Part shown: piece after piece, positions 40,263 through 51,216 of the stretch | Layout of the letters: every line of letters starts with the position of its first letter | How positions within the stretch are numbered: position 1 is the first letter of the stretch | Assembly: GCA_025449535.1 (NCBI GenBank) | Contig: JANWJF010000001.1 | Location: 4,279 to 68,278, forward strand | From: Candidatus Saccharimonadia bacterium | GTDB lineage: Bacteria > Patescibacteriota > SICC01 | Direction: 5' to 3' | DNA length: 64,000 bases | Notes under the pieces: model-generated | The model's database searches: none | The model's input: the letters and a program-made list of their open reading frames with translations, nothing else | What the model was told of the DNA's origin: nothing | Position numbers and translations under genes: made by a program

Positions 40263-40595
40263 CTACTTGTCGCGCTGCTCGAGGTCCTGCTTCATCGCCG
40301 CCAAACGCTCGGCGGGCGTGGGTTCGTCCGATCCGCCCTCGGCCGCCTTGGCGGGTTCCTGGGGCTTCCGGGCCGGCTGCTGCTTCTTGGCCGCCTTGGC
40401 GACTCGGGCCTGGAAACGCTCGACCCGGCCGGCCGTGTCGACCAGCTTCTGCTTGCCGGTATAGAACGGGTGGCACTGGCTGCAGAGCTCCACCCGGATC
40501 TCCTGGGCGGTCGAACCGACTGTGAACTCGCGGCTGCAGCCGGAGCAGCTCACCTTGGCGTCGGGGTAATACGTCGGATGTATCGAGGCTTGCAT
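40263..40595 (-). CDS. rpmE: 50S ribosomal protein L31 (Zn-binding type) with C-terminal extension
   Basis: [27 protein letters not shown]. Confidence 0.95.
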   Translation of the reverse strand: MQASIHPTYYPDAKVSCSGCSREFTVGSTAQEIRVELCSQCHPFYTGKQKLVDTAGRVERFQARVAKAAKKQQPARKPQEPAKAAEGGSDEPTPAERLAAMKQDLEQRDK

Positions 40596-40655
40596 ACTTT
40601 TCCCAGTATAGCCCCAAATCACGTTTTTGGCTTATACTGGGCGGGTATTCAATTT

Positions 40656-40716
40656 CACACCCGGTCACGAGGCTCCTCTCACCATGAGTACGGCCGGGGA
40701 GGCATAAGGAGAACAT
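40656..40716 (+). promoter_or_regulatory. rpsB (S2) autoregulatory leader RNA
   Basis: CACAC start, long stem CCCGGTC/GGCCGGG, GGAGGCATAA at the 3' base, as recalled for known S2 leaders; TATACT -10 upstream. Confidence 0.6.
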
Positions 40717-41520
40717 ATGGCAACCGTGACGATCAAATCGCTACTTGAAGCTGGTGTCCACTTCGGACATCAGACCCGTCGTTGGAACCCGAAGATGACC
40801 GATTACATCTTCGGCGAACGGGACGGCGTGCACATCATCGACCTTGAGCAGACGCTCGGCTACCTGCACGAGGCAGAGGCCGCCGCCGAGCGGGTCGCCA
40901 AGGACGGCGGGACGGTCCTTTTCGTGGGTACCAAGCGACAAGGCAAGGACATCCTCCGTTCGGCCGCGGAGCGGGCCAAGATGCCCTACATCAACGAGCG
41001 CTGGCTCGGCGGGTTCCTGACGAACTTCGACACGGTGAAGACCCGGCTGGAACGGCTCCGGAAACTCCGGGCCGGCAAGGAAGCGGGGGACTGGGACCGG
41101 TTGCCGAAGGGCGAGCAGGCGATGCTGCAACGCGAGCTGTCGCGTCTGGAGACCACCCTCGGCGGAGTCGCGGACCTGGAGAAACGGCCGGAAGCGCTCT
41201 TCGTGAACGACGTGGTCCGGGAGAAGTGGACGGTCGCGGAGGCCAAGAAGCTCGGCATCCCGGTGATCGGCGTCGTCGACTCCAACGCCAACCCGCAGGG
41301 CATCGACCACCCGATCCCCGGAAACGACGACGCCGTGTCCGCGATCAGCCTGATCGCCGAGGCGATCGCCACCGCGGTGGCCAAGGGTCGCGAGGCGTAC
41401 GAGAAGTCGAGCAAGGCGGTCCAGCAGGCCAAGGAGGCGGAAGCGACCAAGGGCGAGAAGAAGCCGGCTACGGCATCCTCTTCCGGCTCGGCGATCCCGG
41501 CCGCCAAGGGAGCGGCGTGA
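40717..41520 (+). CDS. rpsB: 30S ribosomal protein S2
   Basis: LLEAGVHFGH, FVGTK, RWLGG.LTN, IPGNDDA. Confidence 0.98.
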   Translation: MATVTIKSLLEAGVHFGHQTRRWNPKMTDYIFGERDGVHIIDLEQTLGYLHEAEAAAERVAKDGGTVLFVGTKRQGKDILRSAAERAKMPYINERWLGGFLTNFDTVKTRLERLRKLRAGKEAGDWDRLPKGEQAMLQRELSRLETTLGGVADLEKRPEALFVNDVVREKWTVAEAKKLGIPVIGVVDSNANPQGIDHPIPGNDDAVSAISLIAEAIATAVAKGREAYEKSSKAVQQAKEAEATKGEKKPATASSSGSAIPAAKGAA

Positions 41521-42014
41521 GCGTCTCCGCGCAGGACGTCCAGCGGTTGCGCACGGAGACCGGCGCCGGCATCATGGACGCCAAGCGCTCGCTAGAGGAG
41601 GCCAAAGGGGACGTAGCCAAGGCCAAGGCCCTGCTCAAGGAGCGTGGCCTGACCAAGGCGGCCAAGAAGGCCGGCCGCGAGACCGCCGAAGGGGTCGTGC
41701 ACAGCTACATCCACGGCGGCGGCAAGATCGGCGTGTTGTTGGAACTGCTTTGTGAGACGGACTTCGTCGCCAAGAACGACGACTTCCAGGCCCTGGCGCA
41801 GGAGATCGCCATGCAGATCGCGGCCGCGAACCCCCGGGATACGAAGGAACTGCTCGCCCAGCCGCACATCAAGGACGAGAAGCAGACCGTCGAGCAGTTG
41901 CTCCAAGCCTCGGTCGTTAAGCTGGGTGAGAACATCAAGATGACCCGGTTCACGCGGTACGCGCTCGGCGTGTCCGGGAGCGCGGCCGACGGAGCTGAGC
42001 CCGACGATGGCTGA
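41517..42014 (+). CDS. tsf: Elongation factor Ts (short form)
   Basis: LRTETGAGIMDAK, ELLCETDFVA, LGENI. Confidence 0.95.
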   Translation: MSVSAQDVQRLRTETGAGIMDAKRSLEEAKGDVAKAKALLKERGLTKAAKKAGRETAEGVVHSYIHGGGKIGVLLELLCETDFVAKNDDFQALAQEIAMQIAAANPRDTKELLAQPHIKDEKQTVEQLLQASVVKLGENIKMTRFTRYALGVSGSAADGAEPDDG

Positions 42015-42525
42015 ATTCGCGAAGGTCGCGACGTTCCTGCGGGACGAGTTGTCCGGCATCCGGACAGGACGGGCCAATCCGGAGCTGTTGGCGGACCTGC
42101 CGGTGGACGCCTACGGCACTGAACAACCGCTCAAGTCGCTGGCCCAGTTGTCCGTACCCGAGGCGACGACCATCCTGGTCGCCCCCTGGGACAAGGGATT
42201 GCTGGCCGCCATCGAGCAGGCGATTCGAGCGGCCGGGCTCGACGGACAACCGACCAACGACGGCACCCATATCCGGTTCACCTTGCCGCCGCTCACCGAG
42301 GAGCGCCGCCGGGAGCTGGTCAAGGTCGTCGGCGAGAAGCTGGAGGCGGCCCGGGTGTCGCTCCGCAACATTCGGCGCGACGAGATCGACGCCGCGGAGA
42401 AGGCCGACCTTTCGGAGGACGAGCTGGAGCGGCGCAAGAAGGAGATTGACGACGAGGCCACGAAGGTCCAGAAAGAACTTGATGACATCGCCGAAGCGAA
42501 GAAACAGGAGCTGCTGACCGTATGA
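42007..42525 (+). CDS. frr: Ribosome recycling factor
   Basis: IRTGRANP, PPLTEERRRELVK, RNIRR. Confidence 0.96.
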   Translation: MAEFAKVATFLRDELSGIRTGRANPELLADLPVDAYGTEQPLKSLAQLSVPEATTILVAPWDKGLLAAIEQAIRAAGLDGQPTNDGTHIRFTLPPLTEERRRELVKVVGEKLEAARVSLRNIRRDEIDAAEKADLSEDELERRKKEIDDEATKVQKELDDIAEAKKQELLTV

Positions 42526-43214
42526 GCACCCGATCGACCGACCCCCAGCACGTCGCCCTGATCCTGGACGGCAACCGCCGCTGGGCCAAGCTGCGCGGTC
42601 TGCCGGCCATGAAGGGCCACTGGCACGGTCTCTACAAGGCGCTCTGGCCAGTGGTGTTGGAAGCGCCCGAACAAGACATAAGCCACCTGACCGCCTGGGC
42701 CTTCTCCACCGAGAACTGGAACCGGAGCGACAAGGAGGTCGAGTACCTGTTCCGGCTCTTCGAGCGGGGCATCCGCAATCGGGTCAACGAGCTCAACCAT
42801 AAGAACATCCGGATCAATGCGGTCGGGCAGATCGACCGGTTCCCCGAGAAGCTGCGGTCTGTCCTGCGCGAAGCGATGGAGCGCACCGCCGGCAACGACG
42901 GCATGGTCTTCACGCTGGCGCTCTCTTACGGCGGACGGGCCGAGCTGGTCGCCGCCGCCCAGAAGCTCGCCGGCAAGAAGCCCCATGAGATCACCGAGGA
43001 GAGCTTTGCCCAGGCGCTGTACGACCCGGACCTGCCGGACGTCGACCTGATCGTCCGCACCAGCGGCGAGCAGCGGCTGTCCGGCTTCATGCCGTGGCAG
43101 GGGACATACGCGGAGCTGATATTCTCGAAGAAGCAGTGGCCGGACTTCCGACCCGAGGACCTGGCCGAGGCGCTTGCCGAGTTCCGCGTTCGCCAACGCC
43201 GCTTCGGCGGTTAG
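42522..43214 (+). CDS. uppS: Undecaprenyl diphosphate synthase
   Basis: ILDGNRRWA, FSTENWNR, RTSGEQRLSGF. Confidence 0.96.
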   Translation: MSTRSTDPQHVALILDGNRRWAKLRGLPAMKGHWHGLYKALWPVVLEAPEQDISHLTAWAFSTENWNRSDKEVEYLFRLFERGIRNRVNELNHKNIRINAVGQIDRFPEKLRSVLREAMERTAGNDGMVFTLALSYGGRAELVAAAQKLAGKKPHEITEESFAQALYDPDLPDVDLIVRTSGEQRLSGFMPWQGTYAELIFSKKQWPDFRPEDLAEALAEFRVRQRRFGG

Positions 43215-43226
43215 CCCACTCCAAAC

Positions 43227-44309
43227 ATGGAAACCCTGATCACCATCGTCGCGTTCCTCCTGATCATCGGCGCACTCGTCCTGGTGCACGAGTTCGGTCA
43301 CTTCTGGGTTGCGCGCCGGAATGGCATCAAGGTCGAGGAGTTCGCGTTCGGCCTGCCGCTCCTGCCGCGGATCTGGTCGACGAAGCGCGGTGAGACGACG
43401 TATTCCATCTACCCGGTGCCGATCGGCGGGTTCGTGCGGATGCTTGGCGAGGACGGGGAGTCGAAGTCCAAGCGCTCGTTCGCGGCCAAGCCGGCCGGGG
43501 TCCGGGCCAAGGTCCTGGTCGCCGGGGTGGCGATGAACGCGCTGACCGCGTACCTGCTCCTGACCGCCGGGTTCCTCGGCGGGATGCAGCCGCTCGCCCT
43601 CTGTGCCAGCGATTATCCGAACGCGAGCTACCAGAACGACGTCCGGATCGCGGCAGTCGCCAAGGACAGTCCGGCCGCACATTCCGGACTCAAGCAGGGC
43701 GACATCCTGCGCACGATCGGCGGCGAGAAGGTCGACTGCAGCCAGGAAGTACCGCAGCTGACGTCCGACCGGGCCGGCGAGCCGACCGCCTTCGGCATCA
43801 CGCGCGAGGGCAAGGAGCTGACCCTGACCGCCACACCCGGGGATTCGGGAACGTTCAAAGGCAAGGCCGGCATCGCCCCGGAAGACCAGTACCAGGACCT
43901 CCAGTATCCGTGGTGGGAAGCGCCGTACATCGCTCTGATCGAGACAGTCGCGATCGTCTCCGCGACGTTCACCGCCATCTTCGGGCTGTTCGCGAGCATC
44001 CTGACACAGGGCAGCGTGCCGGCCGGCGTGGCCGGCCCGGTCGGGATCGCCAAGCTGACCGGCGGCATCCTCGATCTCGGTGCGGTCGTCCTGCTGCGCT
44101 TCGTGGCCGTGATCTCGCTCAGCCTGGCGGTGTTCAACCTGATCCCGATCCCGGCGCTGGACGGCGGCCGGCTGCTGTTCATCGGCATCGAGAAGCTGCG
44201 TCGTGGCAAGCAGATTCCCGCCCAGGTCGAGCAGTACTTCCATATGGTCGGGTTCGCCCTCCTGATCGGCCTGATACTGTTCATCACGTATTTCGATATC
44301 ATTAGGTAG
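43227..44309 (+). CDS. rseP: RseP-like site-2 zinc metalloprotease with PDZ domain
   Basis: HEFGH, PIGGFV, NLIPIPALDGG. Confidence 0.94.
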   Translation: METLITIVAFLLIIGALVLVHEFGHFWVARRNGIKVEEFAFGLPLLPRIWSTKRGETTYSIYPVPIGGFVRMLGEDGESKSKRSFAAKPAGVRAKVLVAGVAMNALTAYLLLTAGFLGGMQPLALCASDYPNASYQNDVRIAAVAKDSPAAHSGLKQGDILRTIGGEKVDCSQEVPQLTSDRAGEPTAFGITREGKELTLTATPGDSGTFKGKAGIAPEDQYQDLQYPWWEAPYIALIETVAIVSATFTAIFGLFASILTQGSVPAGVAGPVGIAKLTGGILDLGAVVLLRFVAVISLSLAVFNLIPIPALDGGRLLFIGIEKLRRGKQIPAQVEQYFHMVGFALLIGLILFITYFDIIR

Positions 44310-44311
44310 CA

Positions 44312-45736
44312 ATGAAGCTGACGAAACAGTCCGACGACTTTCCCCAGTGGTACCAGGACATCGTGAAGGAAGCGGACCTGGCCGAGCCTTCGTTCGCCCG
44401 CGGCACGATGGTCATCAAGCCGTACGGCTACGAGATCTGGGAGCGCATCCAGCGTCACCTCGACGACCGGATCAAGGAGACGGGGCATAAGAACCTGTAC
44501 TTCCCGATGTTCATCCCCTCCAAGCTCCTCGACAAGGAAGCCAGCCATATCGAGGGTTTCTCGCCCGAAGTCGCCGTGGTTACGCACGCCGGAGGCAACA
44601 AGCTCGAGGAGCCCCTGGTGGTGCGCCCGACCTCCGAGGCGATCATCTGGGGCACGTATGCCAAGTGGGTCCAGTCGTACCGGGACCTGCCGCTGCTCTA
44701 CAACCAATGGGCGAACGTCGTCCGGTGGGAGATGCGGCCGCGGCTCTTCCTGCGGACGACGGAGTTCCTCTGGCAGGAAGGGCACACCGCCCATCAGACG
44801 GCCAAGGAAGCCCGCGAGGAAACCCTGCGGATGCTCGAGGTATATCGCGAGACGGCCGAGCAGCTGCTTGGCATCCCGGTGATTGCCGGCCGCAAGAGCG
44901 AGTCGGAACGGTTCCCGGGCGCTGACGAGACGTACACGATCGAGGCCCTGATGCGGGACGGGAAGGCGCTCCAAGCGGGCACCTCGCACGACCTCGGTCA
45001 GAACTTCGCGAAAGCCTACAACGTGACGTTCCTCGATCCGGACGGTAAGGAAACCCATGCCTATGCGACTTCCTGGGGCGTGAGCACGCGGATCATCGGC
45101 GGCTTGATCATGACCCACGGGGACGACCAAGGACTCCGGTTGCCGCCCTCGGTCGCGCCGTACCAAGCAGTGATCATCCCGATCGTCGGCGACGACACGC
45201 AGGGAGCGGTCGCCAAGGAAGCCACGAAGTTACGGGACCAGCTGGCAGAAGAAGGCATCCGGGTCTTCCTGGATGACGACGACCAGTCCCGGCCCGGCTT
45301 CAAGTTCAACAAGTGGGAAGCCCGTGGGGTGCCAATACGCATAGAGCTGGGTCCTAAGGACCTTGAGGCGAAGAGCGTGACGCTGGCCCGACGGGACCAG
45401 GACAAGAAGACCACGGCCAAGCTCAGCGAGGTCGTGAAGACGGTCACGAAGATGCTTGATGACGTCCAGTCTTCCTTGCTCAAGGACGCCACCGCATTCC
45501 GTGACGAACACACCCATCAGCCCAAGGATTATGAGTCGATGGCCAAGCTGCTTTCCGACCAGGCCGGGCTAGTGAAGACGTATTGGTGCGGCGAAGAAGC
45601 CTGTGAACAGAAGGTGAAGCAGGAGACCAAGGCCACGATCCGCTGCCTGACGCTCGAGCCGGTGAAGAACCCCGGCAAATGCCTGGTCTGCGGCAAGGTC
45701 GGGAAAGAGCAGTCGTACTGGGCCAAGGCTTATTAG
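44312..45736 (+). CDS. proS: Prolyl-tRNA synthetase (archaeal/eukaryote-like type)
   Basis: RPTSE, QWANVVRWE, FLWQEGHT, QAGTSH, terminal AKAY; no INS editing domain. Confidence 0.96.
   Translation: MKLTKQSDDFPQWYQDIVKEADLAEPSFARGTMVIKPYGYEIWERIQRHLDDRIKETGHKNLYFPMFIPSKLLDKEASHIEGFSPEVAVVTHAGGNKLEEPLVVRPTSEAIIWGTYAKWVQSYRDLPLLYNQWANVVRWEMRPRLFLRTTEFLWQEGHTAHQTAKEAREETLRMLEVYRETAEQLLGIPVIAGRKSESERFPGADETYTIEALMRDGKALQAGTSHDLGQNFAKAYNVTFLDPDGKETHAYATSWGVSTRIIGGLIMTHGDDQGLRLPPSVAPYQAVIIPIVGDDTQGAVAKEATKLRDQLAEEGIRVFLDDDDQSRPGFKFNKWEARGVPIRIELGPKDLEAKSVTLARRDQDKKTTAKLSEVVKTVTKMLDDVQSSLLKDATAFRDEHTHQPKDYESMAKLLSDQAGLVKTYWCGEEACEQKVKQETKATIRCLTLEPVKNPGKCLVCGKVGKEQSYWAKAY
45627..45721 (+). repeat. 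Direct repeat copy 1 (proS 3' end)
   Basis: 95 nt, 12 mismatches against 46798-46892 (manual alignment). Confidence 0.92.
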
Positions 45737-45753
45737 GTGCTAACCAAACAGCC

Positions 45754-46785
45754 ATGAATGACCTGATCGTCATCAAGCTTGGCACTAGCGTGGTCACTGA
45801 AGATGATGGTCGCCTCGACGAAGCTGTGCTTGACGATGTGGTTGGTCAGATCGCAGCGCTGCACAAGAAATACCGTTTGATCGTAGTATCCTCCGGAGCG
45901 GTCGCCGCCGGCCAAGTCGACATCAAGGGTTATTCGGGCAAGCTACCGGAACAAAAAGCCGCCGCGGCAATCGGCAATCCGAGGTTAATCCAGGATTACG
46001 CCAACCGTTTCGCCAAACACGGCATCACCGTAGCCCAGACCCTCTGCGAACGGGACGTGTTCGCGGACCGCCAACGTTTCCTGCGCCTGCGGGAAATGCT
46101 CGAGACGCTCTGGGAACACCGAGTGGTTCCGATCGTCAATGAAAACGACGTCGTCTCGGACCTCGAACTCAGGTTCTCTGACAACGACGAGCTGGCGACC
46201 TTGCTGGCCGTCGGTTTCTCCGCGAAGGCGCTGTTGCTCGGGACCTCGGTAGACGGGGTCATGGAAAACGACGAGGTGATCAGCAAGATAACGGACTTCG
46301 ACGAGAAGGTATTCGCGCTGGCCGAAAAAAGCACTTCGCAGTTCGGTCTAGGAGGTATGCTTTCCAAGCTCACCTGCGCGGATAAGGCGGCGAGCTTCGG
46401 CGTCGATGTGGTGATTTTTAACGCTAGGACGGCAGGCAACATCGCCCAAGCCTTGCGACGGAAGACCGGTACCTGGTGCCCGGCCAAGTCATCCAACCTG
46501 TCCTCGTACCATAAATGGGTAGCGGGAGTCAGCTTGATCCTGTCCCGGGTGCGCGTGGACAGCGGAGCGGCCAAGGCTCTGCGTCAGCGCAAGAGCCTTT
46601 TGGGCGTCGGGGTGACCTCCATCGAAGGCGTATTGAAGCAGGGAGAGATCTTCGAGATTTATCCGGAACACGGCGAAGGCCTGATTGGTGTTGCGAAAGC
46701 CAGGATTGACTCGAAGAGTGCCCAGGACCATAAGGATAAACACGGCCTGGTGCTCGCCCATGCTGACGAGATCGTAATTTATTGA
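45754..46785 (+). CDS. proB: Glutamate 5-kinase with PUA domain
   Basis: VIKLGTS, VSSGAV, PIVNEND, FSDNDELA, GLGGMLSK, KSLL.VGV. Confidence 0.93.
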   Translation: MNDLIVIKLGTSVVTEDDGRLDEAVLDDVVGQIAALHKKYRLIVVSSGAVAAGQVDIKGYSGKLPEQKAAAAIGNPRLIQDYANRFAKHGITVAQTLCERDVFADRQRFLRLREMLETLWEHRVVPIVNENDVVSDLELRFSDNDELATLLAVGFSAKALLLGTSVDGVMENDEVISKITDFDEKVFALAEKSTSQFGLGGMLSKLTCADKAASFGVDVVIFNARTAGNIAQALRRKTGTWCPAKSSNLSSYHKWVAGVSLILSRVRVDSGAAKALRQRKSLLGVGVTSIEGVLKQGEIFEIYPEHGEGLIGVAKARIDSKSAQDHKDKHGLVLAHADEIVIY

Positions 46786-46797
46786 GGTTTGTCCGGT

Positions 46798-46892
46798 CCA
46801 AGACCACGATCCGCTGCCTGACACTGGAACCGGTGAAGAATCCCGGCAAATGCCTGGTCTGCGGCAAGGCCAGGAAAAAGAAAGCGTACTAG
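46798..46892 (+). pseudogene. Direct repeat copy 2: displaced, decaying proS 3' fragment
   Basis: Encodes KTTIRCLTLEPVKNPGKCLVCGKARKKKAY*; contains a TGG>TAG nonsense change. Confidence 0.88.
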
Positions 46893-46957
46893 ACATGACA
46901 CTCTATACCTATTCCGTTCTCGTATGGTATTAGCAGCGTGCGGTAGCGGCTCGAAGG

Positions 46958-48112
46958 TCAATCCTTGAACTGCGTCCATGCTAGCCAAACACCCAACGAA
47001 GACAGTACAAGAGCGGATGCGAACGCCGCGTAGCTGCCGAAGTAAGCAATTCCCGCTAACGCAAAGCAGGTTCCGGCGGCTGCCAAGCCAAGATTGACCT
47101 CTTTAGCACAGGCATACACCAGGCCCTGTCGGGATATTTTTGAGTGAAAACGAACCGTAAAACTGCTGTCGAAAATATTGAAAACGATATTGTAGGCAGT
47201 CTTGATGGCCGCCACGAGTATTGGCGTGGCTGCGAACAGGAAAGACACATAGCTGCCGACCTGCAAGAACGAGGCGACCTTGTTCGAGCGCAGGCGGTTC
47301 TTATCGATTAGACGGCCATACGTCAGGGTGAGCAACATCTCCAGGATAAAGACGGTAGCCATGACTAATCCGAACAACTGCAGTGAATCGACCACAAAGA
47401 ATACGAGCAACGTTACGACCACGTTGTTGAACGCCACGTTAACACCGAACCCGGTGAATGCTTTGGCATCGGCCCGGTAAGCGATTGATTTGCAGCGACG
47501 CAGTACGTCTAAGTATTGGATGCGGTGGTTGTACTCAAGGTCACCCAACAGCAGTGTGACCGACAGGGAGGAGATGGCCAAGAATAGCCCTGCGACCAAT
47601 GCCACCGGAAGGAACGATTGCCACACGGTAACCGAATACGTCGCGAACAGCACGGCCGCCGCGCCGGTCAAGCTGGCGATGACGATCTCGAGCGTCAGGA
47701 ACCGCCCACGATTGAATTCCTGCACGAACTTCGCCTGCATATAGTGCTTGGTCGGGTAGTACAAGCCCCGGGCCAGCGAGTGCAAGACGAAGCTCGATAA
47801 CCCGATGACCGGGTATGCATCCAACGCGCTGAGGGCCAGGAAGTACCCAGCAAGCAGGATGTTAGCGATGATGACCGTGCGCGCATACCCAAACTTGGTC
47901 GTCACGACACCGCTGAACGGAGAAATGATTGCTCGAAGCAAGAACTCCGCGCCGAAATAGAGAAGAATGACCGGCAGCGGAATGCCCTCGAAATAGAAGT
48001 AGGCTCCCACGAACGACAGTACGAGCGCCGATGCGAACTTGATGCCGATCGTATTAAAGTACAGCGCAACGTAATTTTTGTTTGTTATATGGCCGCTGAT
48101 GTATTTTCTCAT
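46958..48112 (-). CDS. MFS-like multi-pass membrane transporter
   Basis: About 12 hydrophobic segments; GVVTTKFG, NRGR and GRLIDK loops. Confidence 0.75.
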   Translation of the reverse strand: MRKYISGHITNKNYVALYFNTIGIKFASALVLSFVGAYFYFEGIPLPVILLYFGAEFLLRAIISPFSGVVTTKFGYARTVIIANILLAGYFLALSALDAYPVIGLSSFVLHSLARGLYYPTKHYMQAKFVQEFNRGRFLTLEIVIASLTGAAAVLFATYSVTVWQSFLPVALVAGLFLAISSLSVTLLLGDLEYNHRIQYLDVLRRCKSIAYRADAKAFTGFGVNVAFNNVVVTLLVFFVVDSLQLFGLVMATVFILEMLLTLTYGRLIDKNRLRSNKVASFLQVGSYVSFLFAATPILVAAIKTAYNIVFNIFDSSFTVRFHSKISRQGLVYACAKEVNLGLAAAGTCFALAGIAYFGSYAAFASALVLSSLGVWLAWTQFKD

Positions 48113-48119
48113 TTACTAC

Positions 48120-49037
48120 CTACCATCCTTGGTTATGGATAGAGATGAGCGCTAGGGTTGTGCCAGTTAGAAACAGAAAGATAAAAACAGCAGTTTGCGG
48201 ATTGAAGCGTATGCGCTTGTGCAATAAATCAGACGCTGCATCCATGCCAAACGTTACCGTAGCTATCGCGGCAACAATATAAACCGGTAACGCCGCAAAA
48301 GCGTAGGTCTCCGGTACCAGAGCACCAAACCACAATATTGGAACAAGCACGGCCAGTTTCGGATTCTTTTGGATCACTGCCGAACCCGTTTCACCAGATT
48401 TTGTTTTCATCCTCCATATCCAAAGAGTGCACAGCGATAGGGCGAGAATAGCAAAAATACCCACAAAAACATCCGGCGGCAGCGTTTTGAGAATTTCACG
48501 GCTAAGACCAAAGCGCAGAGTTTCCAAGGCGGTAATTAAGACCAGCGTCCCGGCGATAAAGATGAAGGGTCTGGAATACCGAGGTCGGTGATTTAGTCCA
48601 TGGTGTGCTGGCTGTACCAATAAAGAGATAGTGAGCAGGGCCAAAGCCAGCAGTGCAAGAGCATTTGGAATATCGCCATTTAGGAAGATCCCCACAGCCA
48701 GGGAAAAGGGCAAGACTACCATGCGTTGCAAAGAAACCATCCCGGATAGGGAGCTGGTGGTATTCAGCACGCAGAGGAACAAATACACCTGGATGTTCCA
48801 AATGAGCGGAACCAGTAAGACATAGGTCAGCAGAGAAGACGAATTGAGAATAGTGCCAATATCATCGATTCGGACAAAGATAAGTCCCCAGACTAAGGCA
48901 GGTATCAGCGCATACCTATACAGTTTGAAAGTCCCGAGCGGGGTAGCTCCGAGTTCCTGTAGGCGTCTAGTGGTCAGGCCAACGGCCTCAAACCCGACAG
49001 CCCCAATAAATGCCAGAGTTGCGGGAATAAAGTTCAT
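48120..49037 (-). CDS. Integral membrane protein, ~10 TM (EamA/DMT-like topology)
   Basis: Two blocks of about 5 hydrophobic helices; no certain motif. Confidence 0.65.
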   Translation of the reverse strand: MNFIPATLAFIGAVGFEAVGLTTRRLQELGATPLGTFKLYRYALIPALVWGLIFVRIDDIGTILNSSSLLTYVLLVPLIWNIQVYLFLCVLNTTSSLSGMVSLQRMVVLPFSLAVGIFLNGDIPNALALLALALLTISLLVQPAHHGLNHRPRYSRPFIFIAGTLVLITALETLRFGLSREILKTLPPDVFVGIFAILALSLCTLWIWRMKTKSGETGSAVIQKNPKLAVLVPILWFGALVPETYAFAALPVYIVAAIATVTFGMDAASDLLHKRIRFNPQTAVFIFLFLTGTTLALISIHNQGW

Positions 49038-49147
49038 AATCAATATTCTAACTGGTTCAACTCATCATTGGCTTCACGTCACGCTCAGCATGTCATTGAC
49101 TTTTATTGATAACCGTAGTATTTTTATCCGACACCAAAGATTCAACC

Positions 49148-50038
49148 ATGCGTATCGATACAGAGATGACACCAGAGGGGGAAGCGGCAGCTCACGCGGA
49201 ACTTGCTAAAGAATTCAGAGAAAAACTTCCGGATGTAGACGAGCCCACCCATAAGGTTCGTGAACTACTTTTTAGCCGACCTGATGGCGAAGGATTTTTA
49301 TACCTCTGTCGCCAAGACAATGGAAGAATGCTGCTTGGCCCCTCGGAAGACGGCAAATTGCTAACCTGGCAATACTATATTAGTGAGGCCGGAGAGCTTA
49401 AACGGCTCGAGTTGGAACACAATAAAGTTCCAGAAGCGACGGCGCAGATGGCAGCCGATTTCGCAGACACTCTTAAGAATGGGACTCTGCTTCCCCGCAA
49501 AGAGGAACTTAGTCCTGAAGAAGCTGCTGTCTTAGGCGTTGAATTACCGCCGAAACCAACTCCCATTCCCGAAAGTCCTGCAGAAATAGCCTTAAGAAAG
49601 GCCAGCTTTAGAAGAAAGCGCCGGCCCTCGCTCCCAGATGCAATTGATAAACTCCGCCAAGAGCGTGGAGATAAGGAACCACCTGTTTCTGATAAAGACA
49701 TTCTTGCTTGGGATGACTTACTAGAGCACGCCGGAAACGTCATTAAATACACTCGTGACGGAGGGGAAACCTGGAATTACGCCAAACTTGATACCGGCGC
49801 TATCGGCGGCGTGTTCGTTCCTGGTCAAATAAATGCTTTCCCTGAAAAGGCAATGGCCATAGCAGGCAGGGAAGACAGATACGACCTGTTGCGTGCCATT
49901 ACTGAAAAAGACTTTGAAGATGGGCTAGTAGTGCGCCCAACAACGAAGAAGGAAACCCGAAGAATGAAGTTTGATGAACCTAAGCGCCGCGGACGTATCC
50001 GAAGTAAATTCGGCCGCGATCCACATAGGATTCTCTGA
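49148..50038 (+). CDS. Hypothetical protein
   Basis: 296-aa ORF in AT-rich DNA preceded by TTGACT-17-TATTTT. Confidence 0.7.
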   Translation: MRIDTEMTPEGEAAAHAELAKEFREKLPDVDEPTHKVRELLFSRPDGEGFLYLCRQDNGRMLLGPSEDGKLLTWQYYISEAGELKRLELEHNKVPEATAQMAADFADTLKNGTLLPRKEELSPEEAAVLGVELPPKPTPIPESPAEIALRKASFRRKRRPSLPDAIDKLRQERGDKEPPVSDKDILAWDDLLEHAGNVIKYTRDGGETWNYAKLDTGAIGGVFVPGQINAFPEKAMAIAGREDRYDLLRAITEKDFEDGLVVRPTTKKETRRMKFDEPKRRGRIRSKFGRDPHRIL

Positions 50039-50154
50039 GCGGTTTCCGTAAGCGTTACACCCTTGCTGCCCGCACCCGCGGGAGCTACGATTAATCAGTC
50101 AATCAGGAAAAATAACCGGACCAAACGACGCGTCCGGTTTTCTCTCTCAATTAC

Positions 50155-51213
<1,059 letters not shown>

Positions 51214-51216
51214 CCC

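Larger units (their letters stand above)
45737..50040. mobile_element. Lower-GC accessory island between proS and mreB (no integrase seen)
   Basis: Visibly AT-richer codon usage, duplicated proS tail, four accessory genes. Confidence 0.65.

Noticed and set aside
45627-46892. Diversity-generating retroelement TR/VR pair (8 of 12 mismatches are A in copy 2)
   Set aside because: Four mismatches are not at A, many adenines are unchanged, there is no reverse transcriptase in the window, and the target is an essential ProRS. G>A decay of a displaced tail is the simpler explanation.
46895-46933. Tyr-rich micro-ORF MTLYTYSVLVWY as a possible leader peptide
   Set aside because: No co-oriented downstream gene, terminator/antiterminator pair or clear promoter.
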